From: Terracidiphilus sp.
GTDB taxonomy: Bacteria > Acidobacteriota > Terriglobia > Terriglobales > Acidobacteriaceae
Reading direction: 5' to 3'
DNA: 64,000 nt
Assembly: GCA_035308825.1 (NCBI GenBank)
Contig: DATGFX010000086.1
Span: 20,283 to 84,282 of the forward strand
Shown here: one piece after another, positions 47,776 to 58,574 of the stretch
Layout of the letters: each line of letters begins with the position of its first letter
Numbering within the stretch: position 1 is the stretch's first letter
Position numbers and translations under genes: made by a program
The notes under the pieces: model-generated
The model's database searches: none
Told to the model about the DNA's origin: nothing
The model's input: the letters and a program-made list of their open reading frames with translations, nothing else

Positions 47776-48840
47776 TTACTTCTGAATCGGGCCGAGAGCC
47801 GCCGGGTTGTCACCGAGGCGCGGATCGACGCGGAAGTCCCAGACCGTCTGGTTGATATCGGATGGGGAAAGAATCTCGACCAACGCGTACTCGCCGATGG
47901 TGAGGTGCGCCAGCGGAGTGAGCTTCATCCAATGATGCCCCGGCAGAACCTCCACATTTGCCGGAATGACGTTTTCGCTCTGCGAAACCTTGCCGGTGGG
48001 GCTTACCTCGATGGCACCCACGAGCCGAACCGCCCGCCGTTCGTCGAGCTTCACGATCGCAAATCCCGACTGCGCTGACTGTGCGCCATGCCTGGAGTTG
48101 GCGACCGGTTTTGCGCCATTCGTGTTGACTGTGATCGCATGTCCGACCTCCGGTTCAGCGCTGCTTACGTCCAGCGAGAGATAAATGGCCGGGTCATCCA
48201 CGTGCAGGTGAACCTTGGCATTCGAACCGGGCAATTCGATGTCTTCCTTCGCTCCGGCCATGGGATTCAGGACCGAGAGACCGTGGCGTGTCCGGCTGCG
48301 CAGGTCGAGTTCGCGGGCGTCGAGTTCCACCAATTCCGGGGTGCCCTGAAAGGTATCGAGCACGAAAACGCCGCTCTGGTCGGGCAATTCCAGTCCTTTT
48401 GCCACCTCGGGCATGCGCTGCTTCTCTTCCACACGAGCGGCTTGTTCTTCCTTGTCCAGTTCCTCAGCCTCTTTCATCGCCGGCGAGTCAGCATCGTCGG
48501 ACTGGGCGTGGTCGTTCTCCCATTTCCTGGTTGCGTCCCAATCGACCAGGTCAGAGGGCATCTCCTCCCATTCGCCGCGTTCCTGCGACAGAAAGCGAAC
48601 TCGCTCGCCGACGATCTGGTAGGTTCGCACGACCTGGTAGGTGCCGTCTTTCAGGATGAGGCGGTGGTTTGATCCCGTTCCCGGCACGCCCGGCTTGAGC
48701 GGAACGGGGTTCTGGTGTTGGGGAGCTGCCGTCGTCTGCTCATCGGATGAAGCCGGGTGGTTTTGCGCGACGAGGGGCGCTGCGAGCAGGACGCCCATGC
48801 CTGCCACAGCCAAGAAGCGCATTTGTGAAGAGCCCGCCAT
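47776..48840 (-). CDS. Secreted hypothetical protein
   Basis: Signal peptide (MRFLAVAGMGVLLAAPLVAQ), LILKDG.Y..V..Y small beta domain, acidic coiled coil, beta-rich C-terminus. Confidence 0.75.
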   Translation of the reverse strand: MAGSSQMRFLAVAGMGVLLAAPLVAQNHPASSDEQTTAAPQHQNPVPLKPGVPGTGSNHRLILKDGTYQVVRTYQIVGERVRFLSQERGEWEEMPSDLVDWDATRKWENDHAQSDDADSPAMKEAEELDKEEQAARVEEKQRMPEVAKGLELPDQSGVFVLDTFQGTPELVELDARELDLRSRTRHGLSVLNPMAGAKEDIELPGSNAKVHLHVDDPAIYLSLDVSSAEPEVGHAITVNTNGAKPVANSRHGAQSAQSGFAIVKLDERRAVRLVGAIEVSPTGKVSQSENVIPANVEVLPGHHWMKLTPLAHLTIGEYALVEILSPSDINQTVWDFRVDPRLGDNPAALGPIQK

Positions 48841-48937
48841 CGCGCCTCCAGTTTAGACGAAGGCGCGCGGCAGGCGTTTTGCCCGTGCTGGTGCCGTTTG
48901 AGCGAGCCGGCCCACCAGTTTGCCCAGGTTCGCCGGC

Positions 48938-49939
48938 TTACTTCTCGCTATCGAGGACGTGCATCTGGCGCTCATCGTAGCGGGTGCCGGCGATCAACCC
49001 TGGCGCGACGATATTCTCGAGCGCGATGATCTCGTCTTCACTGAGATGAACATCGAGCGCGACGAGGCTCTCGGCAAGCTGCACACGCGTGCGCGCCCCA
49101 ATCAGCGGCACGATCGATCCGCGACCCTTGGCGAGCACCCACGCGATTGCCAGTTGCGTCTGGGTGATGCCTCTCCCGTTCGCGATCGCGCGGAATTGAT
49201 CGACGACCATCTGGTTCTGCTCAAAGTTGACATCATGAAAGCGGGGGAATCGAGTGCGTGCATCGCCGCTCGCCGCCGGCCGCGATCCCGAGAGCAATCC
49301 CCGCGACAAGACACCGTACGCTGTCACGCCAATTCCCAGTTCTTCGAGAAGGGGAAAGATTTTGCTCTCCGGGCCGCGGCTGATCAGCGAATACTCGATT
49401 TGAAGATCAGCAATGGGGTGCACTTTGGCGGCGCGGCGAATGGTCTCGGCTCCCACCTCGCTGAGGCCGATGTAACGCACGTAGCCAGCCTGGATCATCT
49501 CGGCAATCGCACCGACGGTGTCCTCAATCGGCACGCTGGGATCGAGGCGCGCGGGGCGGTAGATGTCGATATGGTCGACGCCAAGCCGTTTGAGAGTATA
49601 GGCGAGCGCGGTCTTGACGGCAGCGGGCCGCGCATCGTAGCCGAGCCAGGCACCATCGGGACCGCGCTGCGCGCCGAACTTGACCGAGATGAGCACGCGG
49701 TCGCGCACGAAACGCAGCGCATTTCCGACCAGCATCTCGTTTTTGCCCATGTCATAGAAGTCGCCGGTATCGATGAGGTTCACGCCGGCGTCGATTGCGG
49801 CATGAATCGTAGCGAGACATTCCGGTTCATCGGCAGGCCCGTAAACGCCGCTCATGCCCATGCAGCCGAGCGCGATAGGAAAGACAGGCGGGCCCGATTG
49901 GCCCAGTTTGACTGGTTGAATAGCGGCTGCGATGGACAT
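48938..49939 (-). CDS. Aldo/keto reductase
   Basis: ATG 49939 with AAGGAG; IALGCMGMSG.YG, IDTGDFY, ISVKFG, YIGLSE, LQIEYSL, QLAIAWVL. Confidence 0.95.
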   Translation of the reverse strand: MSIAAAIQPVKLGQSGPPVFPIALGCMGMSGVYGPADEPECLATIHAAIDAGVNLIDTGDFYDMGKNEMLVGNALRFVRDRVLISVKFGAQRGPDGAWLGYDARPAAVKTALAYTLKRLGVDHIDIYRPARLDPSVPIEDTVGAIAEMIQAGYVRYIGLSEVGAETIRRAAKVHPIADLQIEYSLISRGPESKIFPLLEELGIGVTAYGVLSRGLLSGSRPAASGDARTRFPRFHDVNFEQNQMVVDQFRAIANGRGITQTQLAIAWVLAKGRGSIVPLIGARTRVQLAESLVALDVHLSEDEIIALENIVAPGLIAGTRYDERQMHVLDSEK

Positions 49940-50145
49940 GGCGAACTCCTTCCGACAGGCATAGTAAGCCTGCCGTTTGAGATGCGGCAAGGTCCGATGA
50001 CGCGATGCGAAAAAGGCCCCGTTTTTCCACACGCACAACGCGGGTCACAATGCGTCTGTTCTCGCTTGCTTCGTGCAAGCGCATGGAAAAACGTGTTTTA
50101 TGCAGCGGCCTTGGACATGGAGGCGCGGGCGCATCCATTTTCTGA

Positions 50146-51888
<1,743 letters not shown>

Positions 51889-51985
51889 AAGGCGAGCGAT
51901 GGATTGGGGGTGCGTTCCAGGATCCGGGTGCTGCGCTCTTTAGCGAATTTGAATCCTGGGCGTCTTTATAACGGAGGCCCGCTCG

Positions 51986-52840
51986 ATGAGATCTCCGATG
52001 CAAGCCACGTTGCGATGGTCTCGCCTTACAATTTCCGCCGCCGTTTTGTTGGCTGTCGCGCCCTTGCTGCTCTGCCTGAACGTGTCGGTTGAGCTGCCGC
52101 CCAATCCGATTCCGATTATGCAAAAGGCACGCTTCACGGTGCTCTACGATGGGAAGCCTTCGCCAAATACCAAGGTCGAAGTGACTCAGCCTGGGCGCGC
52201 AGGCTACATCGCCGTTCTCACCACATACAACGATGGCAAGTTCATCCTTCCCGCCCTTTCTCCGGGAAGGTACACCATCAGCGCAGCCCATGCGAATTAC
52301 TCGTCCCGGAACTCGCTTGACGTCTGCATCGTTCCCTGCGACGACTATAGGCTCGAGGTTGTTCATTTTGTGCCGACGACGCTTCACGGTCCGCTGCGGG
52401 TCCTTGACGCGAATGCTCTCGCGTTGAGCGAAGTCCGCATGGAGATCAGTCCACGGCCCGATCCCGTGTTGGGGCACCTGCTGGCCGATGCGGAACAGCA
52501 GCCGATCACGAAGCATCTAGCCGCGTTTCGCGGAGTGGTGAAGGACCAGTCTGGTGCGGTCATTCCGGGCGCCTGGATCAACGTGGTGGTGAAGGGATCC
52601 GGGGGCAAAAACCGGGCTGCATCCATGTACGCCGATCAGGATGGACAATTCTCGGCTCAGCTGCCTCCGGGCGAATACGTGGCATTCATTCAGTCTCCCG
52701 GGTTCAAGAGCTCCGTGGTTTCCTTCACGATTGCGAACGAGGCCGCTGCCGATTCGCTCGAGATCGTGCTGGACATTGGGATGCAAACGACGACTGTCAC
52801 GCTGAGCGCGGCCCAAATGCAACCGCGCGCCGTTCCTTAG
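51986..52840 (+). CDS. Secreted protein with two carboxypeptidase-regulatory-like (prealbumin-fold) domains
   Basis: Signal-like N-terminus; TYNDGKFILPALSPGRYTISA and GVVKDQSGAVIPGA...DQDGQFSAQLPPGEY...SPGFK. Start may be ATG 51998. Confidence 0.8.
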   Translation: MRSPMQATLRWSRLTISAAVLLAVAPLLLCLNVSVELPPNPIPIMQKARFTVLYDGKPSPNTKVEVTQPGRAGYIAVLTTYNDGKFILPALSPGRYTISAAHANYSSRNSLDVCIVPCDDYRLEVVHFVPTTLHGPLRVLDANALALSEVRMEISPRPDPVLGHLLADAEQQPITKHLAAFRGVVKDQSGAVIPGAWINVVVKGSGGKNRAASMYADQDGQFSAQLPPGEYVAFIQSPGFKSSVVSFTIANEAAADSLEIVLDIGMQTTTVTLSAAQMQPRAVP

Positions 52841-52965
52841 CTTTCAAAGCATTTTCCCGGCGCTTCCCGCATCCCCCAAAGGGTGCACTCCGCTGCTATT
52901 GACAACCGGATTTTGCGGGACCTATTGTTTGTTGGTTTTCATAGCACGGAGGACTTTTCAAAGAC

Positions 52966-53535
52966 ATGGCTCAGTTTGAATTACAACCCTCGGAATCGGA
53001 GCTTCAACAGTTGGCCGAGCAGTGCTGGCAAAAGGCCGGCCAACGGGAACATGAACTGGAACAAGCGGCTTATGAGGCAGGGGCAGCGATTCGCGGAGGC
53101 GAGTATTCGCTGGCTAATCTCGAAGCCATCGTTCGCTGGAAATCGGAACGCGTGGTTCACTTCCTCATTGGGAACAGCGAGGCGAAGATCAGGCAGGTGC
53201 TGCAGGTTGCGGCGGCGCCCGACTCGACAACCCGCAAGGCGGTGGAAGCCCTGATGGAATTGCGCGGGGTCGACCTGCCCATCGCGTCGGCGATCCTGGC
53301 CTGCATTGCGCCCGAGCGCTATAACGTGCTGGACTTCAGGACGCTCGAGGCTCTCGGCCATGCCCGGCACGACGTGGACTTCTATGCCGAGTACGTCGCG
53401 TTCTGCCGGAGGTTGGCGGAACGCGGGCTGGTGAAGCCGCAGAGTGATCTGCCCGGAGACACGCCGTTGCACGCGCTGGAGCGGGCTCTCTGGGAGTGGT
53501 CGCGCAGCCGGGCCGAGAACCGCGTGCCGGCCTAG
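52966..53535 (+). CDS. Hypothetical protein with HhH-GPD-like signature
   Basis: GGAGG upstream; LMELRGVDLPIASAIL...P.RY.VLDFR resembles helix-hairpin-helix plus conserved Asp; IVRWKS and LERALW motifs. Confidence 0.7.
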   Translation: MAQFELQPSESELQQLAEQCWQKAGQREHELEQAAYEAGAAIRGGEYSLANLEAIVRWKSERVVHFLIGNSEAKIRQVLQVAAAPDSTTRKAVEALMELRGVDLPIASAILACIAPERYNVLDFRTLEALGHARHDVDFYAEYVAFCRRLAERGLVKPQSDLPGDTPLHALERALWEWSRSRAENRVPA

Positions 53536-53678
53536 ACGGCAGGCGTCACGCCGGACGGGAAACAACGCGGGGCCCAGTCTTCTTGTTGTCGAGAGACCTA
53601 GGATCTGCGGCCGCAGCTGCATAGGGCAAGGCTGACGGCTGAGAGCTGTCCTCTCCGGGATGCTCTAGAATCCGAACC

Positions 53679-54500
53679 GTGGGATCCTCGTTCGAAATTG
53701 GCCCGGTCCAGGTGGGTGCGGGAGAACTGTTTCTGATTGCCGGACCGTGCGTCATCGAGTCCGAAGCCCATGCGCGCAGGATGGCGGACGCGATCCAGCG
53801 CATCGCAGCCGACCTGAGGATTCCCTACATTTTTAAGGCCAGCTATGACAAGGCGAATCGCACCAGCGTGAAGAGCTTTCGCGGTCCGGGTCTTGTTGAA
53901 GGGACGCGTATTCTCGGCCGGATCGCGAAGGATACGGGCGTGCCTGTCCTGACGGATGTGCACGAGCCGGCGCATTGCGACGTGGCAGCTGAGGCGGTTG
54001 ACGTCCTGCAGATTCCCGCGTTTCTGTGCCGGCAGACCGACCTTCTGGTGGCTGCGGGGAAAACGGGCCGCGCCGTCAATATCAAAAAGGGACAGTTCGT
54101 GGCACCGTGGGACATGGGCCATCCCGTGGAGAAAGTTCGCTCGACGGGGAATGAGCGTATCTTCCTGACCGAGCGCGGCGCGAGTTTCGGATACAACACG
54201 CTCGTGGTCGATTTCCGCTCGCTGCCTGTGATGCGGGCGATGACGCCTGTTGTCTTTGATGGAACCCATTCGGTGCAGCAGCCGTCGGCGGCGAATGGCG
54301 TCAGCGGGGGACAACCGGAGTACATTCCGCTGCTCACCCGGGCTGCGGTTGCTGCCGGCATCGACGGCCTTTTTCTCGAAGTGCACGACGATCCGGCGAA
54401 TGCGAAGTCGGATGGGGCGAACGCGCTGGATCTTAAGCTGCTCAGGCCGTTGCTCGAAACGCTGCTGGCGATCCACGCGGCGGCGATTCCGCGTTCGTAG
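53679..54500 (+). CDS. kdsA: 3-deoxy-8-phosphooctulonate (KDO 8-P) synthase
   Basis: LIAGPCVIE, FKASYDKANRTS..SFRG.G, QIPAFLCRQTDLL, NIKKGQF, TERG.SFGY, VFDGTHSVQ, EVH.DP.NAKSDG. Confidence 0.98.
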   Translation: MGSSFEIGPVQVGAGELFLIAGPCVIESEAHARRMADAIQRIAADLRIPYIFKASYDKANRTSVKSFRGPGLVEGTRILGRIAKDTGVPVLTDVHEPAHCDVAAEAVDVLQIPAFLCRQTDLLVAAGKTGRAVNIKKGQFVAPWDMGHPVEKVRSTGNERIFLTERGASFGYNTLVVDFRSLPVMRAMTPVVFDGTHSVQQPSAANGVSGGQPEYIPLLTRAAVAAGIDGLFLEVHDDPANAKSDGANALDLKLLRPLLETLLAIHAAAIPRS

Positions 54501-54538
54501 CAACGCCCCAGCTGGAGTTGCAGTAAGCTAATCGCAAT

Positions 54539-55486
54539 ATGCCCACGAAAGCACAAGGTTCCATTCATCTTTTCCGGGTGGCGGGAATCGATCTTTATCT
54601 TCACTGGTCCTGGTTCGTGGTGGCTCTCTACGAGATTCAGAGCCGCAACGGCCGCTATTCGTCGATTGCGTGGAACGTGCTCGAATACCTGGCGCTGTTC
54701 GCGATCGTGCTGCTGCACGAGTTTGGACACGCTTTGGCGTGCCGGCAGGTTGGCGGGACTGCGAACCGCATCCTGCTCTGGCCATTCGGCGGCGTGGCCT
54801 ACGTGAATCCGCCGCAGAGGCCAGGCGCTACGCTGTGGAGCATTGCTGCGGGGCCGCTGGTGAACGTCGCGCTTTTCCCGATCCTGCTCGGCGCGTTTCT
54901 CTTTGCCCGGAGCAGCGGCTGGGCGCTCACGCTGCCCGACGCGTATGTTTTCTTCCGGGCGATTCTGGCGATCGACGTCGGCCTCTTCGTTTTCAACATG
55001 CTGCCGGTCTACCCTCTAGATGGCGGGCAGATTCTGCGCTCACTGTTGTGGTTCGTCCTGGGCCGCGCGCGCAGCCTTCTGGTTGCCACCGTTCTCGGCT
55101 TCGCGGGTATCATCGGGCTTTTCGCGCTTGCGTTCTGGGCGAAGTCCGTTTGGTCGGGAGCCATTGCGGTATTCATGCTGCTCAACTGCTGGGGTGGCTT
55201 GCAGCATGCGCGGTCGCTGCTGAGGATCGCCAAGCTTCCACGCCGTCCGGGATTTGTGTGTCCGAGCTGCCGTACTGCTCCGCCCATCGGCCCTTACTGG
55301 GGATGCAGAAGCTGCGGAAAGGCCTTTGATACGTTTGAAACCCGCGCCGTTTGCCCGCATTGTTCGGCGCAGTACACGGTGACGACTTGTCTTGATTGCG
55401 GCGTGTCGAGTCCGCTGGAGCAATGGGCTGTGCCTCGCCCGGTGGAGTCCGCCGCGTACATCAGCAGTTCGAGCAGCCCGAGTTAA
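54539..55486 (+). CDS. Site-2 protease (M50) with C-terminal zinc ribbons
   Basis: HEFGH, AAGPLVN, FNMLPVYPLDGG; CPSC, CRSC, CPHC, CLDC at the C-terminus. Confidence 0.92.
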   Translation: MPTKAQGSIHLFRVAGIDLYLHWSWFVVALYEIQSRNGRYSSIAWNVLEYLALFAIVLLHEFGHALACRQVGGTANRILLWPFGGVAYVNPPQRPGATLWSIAAGPLVNVALFPILLGAFLFARSSGWALTLPDAYVFFRAILAIDVGLFVFNMLPVYPLDGGQILRSLLWFVLGRARSLLVATVLGFAGIIGLFALAFWAKSVWSGAIAVFMLLNCWGGLQHARSLLRIAKLPRRPGFVCPSCRTAPPIGPYWGCRSCGKAFDTFETRAVCPHCSAQYTVTTCLDCGVSSPLEQWAVPRPVESAAYISSSSSPS

Positions 55487-55493
55487 CTGCCGC

Positions 55494-56885
55494 TCAGCTT
55501 GCGATCTGCTGCGCTTCGACGAGTGCGTTTTCAGAGCGCGCGAGGATCGCCGCGGCCATACAGTTCCCGACGACATTCATGAGCGTGCGACCCATGTCCA
55601 TGAGCGTGTCGATGCCCAGGATCAGCAGGATTGGCGCGGTTGGCAACTGCACCGCGCTTGCAGTCGCGAGCAAAACCACCAGCACAGCTCGCGGCACTCC
55701 GGCGACGCCTTTACTGGCCAGCATGAGGATCGCAAGCATGGCGATGAGCCGGCCGATGGAGAGGTGAATGCCGGCGGCCTGCGCGCAGAAGATTGCGGCC
55801 ATGGACAGATATACGCTGGAGCCGGTCATGTTGAAGCTGTAGCCGGTCGGGATGACGAAGGAGACGATCCAGCGCGGAACGCCGAACTGCTCCATTCGTT
55901 CCATCGCAAGGGGCAGAGCCGCTTCCGAGGTGGTGGTGGCAAAGCCGATGGATGCCGGCTCGCTGACCGCGGCAATGAAACCGCGAACGGGGATTCTGAA
56001 GATGAGTAACGTCGGCAATTGCACGAGAAGTGTGAATGCCGTGAGCGCCACATAATACGTGACGCCGAGCTTGACCAGCGGGAGCAGGGTGCCCAGGCCT
56101 GTTCCGGCAACGGTATAGGCGAGCGCCGCACCGGCTGCCACGGGCGCCAGCAGCATGATGATGCGCGTCAACTGGAACATCACGTCGGCCAGCGCCTGCA
56201 GCACGGGAAGCAGCGGGGCGCGCTTTCTCTCAGGCAGCATCGCGAGCGCCGTGGCAAAGAGAACCGAGAAGACCGCGACCTGCAGAACCTGATTCTGGGC
56301 AACGGCCTGCGCAATGTTCTCGGGAAAGATATTGAGCACGATCTGCTGCCAGCCTTGCTGTGCCGCGGTGACCGGAGGAGCCGCGCCGCTACCCGCAGCG
56401 AGCGAAACGCCCCAACCAGCGCCGGCGATCTCGATGGCGATGGCGCCGATGATGAGGCCCAGCGTGGTCACGACCTCGAAGTAGATGAGCGCCTTCACTG
56501 CCACGCGGCCGATGCTGCGCAGTTGCCCGTGGCCGGCAATTCCGGTGGTAATGGTTGCGAACAGCAGCGGCGCGACGATCATGCGAACCAGGCGCAGAAA
56601 CAGATCGCCGAGGAAGCGCGTTTGCATGGCAACCTGCGGTGCGTCGATGCCGAGCTCAATACCGATGGGCATGGCGAGCAGCGTCCAGAAGAGGAGGGAA
56701 GAGCGGCGGAGGGCGGTGGCGGTACACAATCCAAGCCCGGCAACGCGCAGTGCGATTCCTGTTGTCCGCATGCCGGCAATGCCGGCCCCGATCCCCGCAA
56801 GCCAGAGCAACGCGGCAGCGACCTGGATGCCGCGGTGCAGCGGGCTGCGAGTACGCGCGGAAACAGGAACGGCTGAGGTCGTCAT
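55494..56885 (-). CDS. Dicarboxylate/amino acid:cation symporter (DAACS, GltP/DctA family)
   Basis: FLRLVRMIVAPL, NIFPENI, FATTTSEAALP, PTGYSFNMTGS, SKGVAGVPR, DMGRTLMNVVGN. Confidence 0.95.
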   Translation of the reverse strand: MTTSAVPVSARTRSPLHRGIQVAAALLWLAGIGAGIAGMRTTGIALRVAGLGLCTATALRRSSLLFWTLLAMPIGIELGIDAPQVAMQTRFLGDLFLRLVRMIVAPLLFATITTGIAGHGQLRSIGRVAVKALIYFEVVTTLGLIIGAIAIEIAGAGWGVSLAAGSGAAPPVTAAQQGWQQIVLNIFPENIAQAVAQNQVLQVAVFSVLFATALAMLPERKRAPLLPVLQALADVMFQLTRIIMLLAPVAAGAALAYTVAGTGLGTLLPLVKLGVTYYVALTAFTLLVQLPTLLIFRIPVRGFIAAVSEPASIGFATTTSEAALPLAMERMEQFGVPRWIVSFVIPTGYSFNMTGSSVYLSMAAIFCAQAAGIHLSIGRLIAMLAILMLASKGVAGVPRAVLVVLLATASAVQLPTAPILLILGIDTLMDMGRTLMNVVGNCMAAAILARSENALVEAQQIAS

Positions 56886-56913
56886 CGTGGGCTGACTCCT
56901 GCGTATGACTGCG

Positions 56914-58122
56914 CTACGCGCGCTGCAACTCTCTTTCGGGCCGCTTCAGCTTCATGGCCTCGGCAATCACTTCGGCATACTTCAGACCTGATCCCGTGTT
57001 GAAGAGAACGACGCGGTCCTCGGGCTTCAGCGTGCCGTCGGCCAGCAGCTTGTCATAGGCGGCTGTTACGGATGCGCCTTCCGGCGAAAGGAAGATGCCC
57101 TCGTGGCGTGCCCAGTCGAGAATGGAAGCCAGAATTTCTTGGTCGGAAACGGCCATTGCGATTCCGTTGGAAGCGCGGAGGATGTCGAGCATGATGGCGT
57201 CCCCATATGGCTTGGGCACGCGAAGGCCCGCCGCAAAGGTGGATGCATTTTGCCACATCTGGCTGGCGTGATCGCCGGCTTCAAAGGCGCGCACCATCGG
57301 GGCACATCCCGCGGCCTGCACGGCGATCATGCGCGGGCGCTTGCCGGGGCGCACCCATCCCAGCTCTTCGAGTTCGTCGAAGGCCTTGCTCATGCCGATG
57401 AGGCCTACGCCGCCGCCGGTGGGATAGAAGACCGCATCGGGATACTCCCAGCCGAGCTGCTCCACCAATTCGTATCCCATGGTCTTCTTGCCCTCGACGC
57501 GGAACGGCTCCTTCAAGGTGGAGATATCGAACCATCCCTCGGCCTGTTTGCGTTCGGCCACGATGCGCGCGCAATCGGAGATGAGCCCATTCACCAATGT
57601 CACCTTCGCACCATAGGCGACCGCTTCAACGTAGTTGGCAAACGGAACGTCCTGCGGCATGAAGATGTGCGCCTCGATACCGGCGGCTGCCGCATAGGCT
57701 GCCAGCGCTCCGGCGGCGTTTCCGGCGGAAGGCACCGCGAGCTTCTTCAGCCCGTAGTGGCGGGCCATGGTGACCGCCATGGCGAGGCCACGCGCCTTGA
57801 ACGTGCCGGTGGGATTGGCGCCTTCCTCCTTGATCCGCGCGCCGGGATAGCGCCGGCTCTGGAGCATGGGCGTCCAGCCTTCTCCCAACGTAACGGGCTC
57901 GGCATCCGGCAGCACGGCACGATAACGCCAAAGGCCGCGCCAGCCGCATGGGGAGTTGAGGATGACGTCGTCGGGCCTGGTGCCGCGCAATGTGCTGAAA
58001 TCGTAGCGAACAAAGAGGGAGCCCGCGGGTTGCTCGGCGCATTGGGTACATACCGTTTGCGGAACGTCAGCGGGGAGATGCGCGCGACAGCGGGAGCATT
58101 CCAGATAGGCGATAGGCGGCAT
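56914..58122 (-). CDS. thrC: Threonine synthase
   Basis: Start ATG 58122 with AAGGA; N-terminal CSRC/CTQC Zn ribbon; TLGEGWTP, KEEGANPTGTFKARG (PLP Lys), SAGNA, EGKKT, PTGGGVG, NTGSGLKY. Confidence 0.9.
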   Translation of the reverse strand: MPPIAYLECSRCRAHLPADVPQTVCTQCAEQPAGSLFVRYDFSTLRGTRPDDVILNSPCGWRGLWRYRAVLPDAEPVTLGEGWTPMLQSRRYPGARIKEEGANPTGTFKARGLAMAVTMARHYGLKKLAVPSAGNAAGALAAYAAAAGIEAHIFMPQDVPFANYVEAVAYGAKVTLVNGLISDCARIVAERKQAEGWFDISTLKEPFRVEGKKTMGYELVEQLGWEYPDAVFYPTGGGVGLIGMSKAFDELEELGWVRPGKRPRMIAVQAAGCAPMVRAFEAGDHASQMWQNASTFAAGLRVPKPYGDAIMLDILRASNGIAMAVSDQEILASILDWARHEGIFLSPEGASVTAAYDKLLADGTLKPEDRVVLFNTGSGLKYAEVIAEAMKLKRPERELQRA

Positions 58123-58373
58123 TGGTTCCTTCAAAGCCGAGAACACTCCAGATTGTAAAACTTGCGTCCCGCCAAGCGCTGCGCGTGGCAGGTCGAGATC
58201 GGCACGGGCCCCCCGGTCAATTGACCGAGGCGCACGACGGGGCTGGGATGACCGCGTCGACGATGTCTTGACAACCGATAGTCGAATGTCTACCATCGTC
58301 GCCAGATGAGGGTAGAACGTCTTCTATGAGCTGTGGGCAGGCTGCTATGGGCCTGCCGGCATCCGGCTTCGCG

Positions 58374-58574
58374 GAGGAGCGAGATGAAGTGGTGGCAGTT
58401 AAGACGGCGCGATGCGGATCTGGAGCGCGAGTTGCGCTCCGATCTTGAGCTGGAAGCCGAGGAGCAGCGGGAACGGGGCTTGCCGGCGGATGATGCCCGC
58501 CTTGCGGCGCGGCGCGCGCTGGGCAATGCAGTGCTGATCCGGGAGCGGACGCATGAGGCATGGGGATGGGCGCC
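58374..58574 (+). repeat. 201-bp near-identical repeat, copy 1 (ADOP 5' module)
   Basis: 5 mismatches against 61014-61214; offset exactly 2640 bp. Confidence 0.95.
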
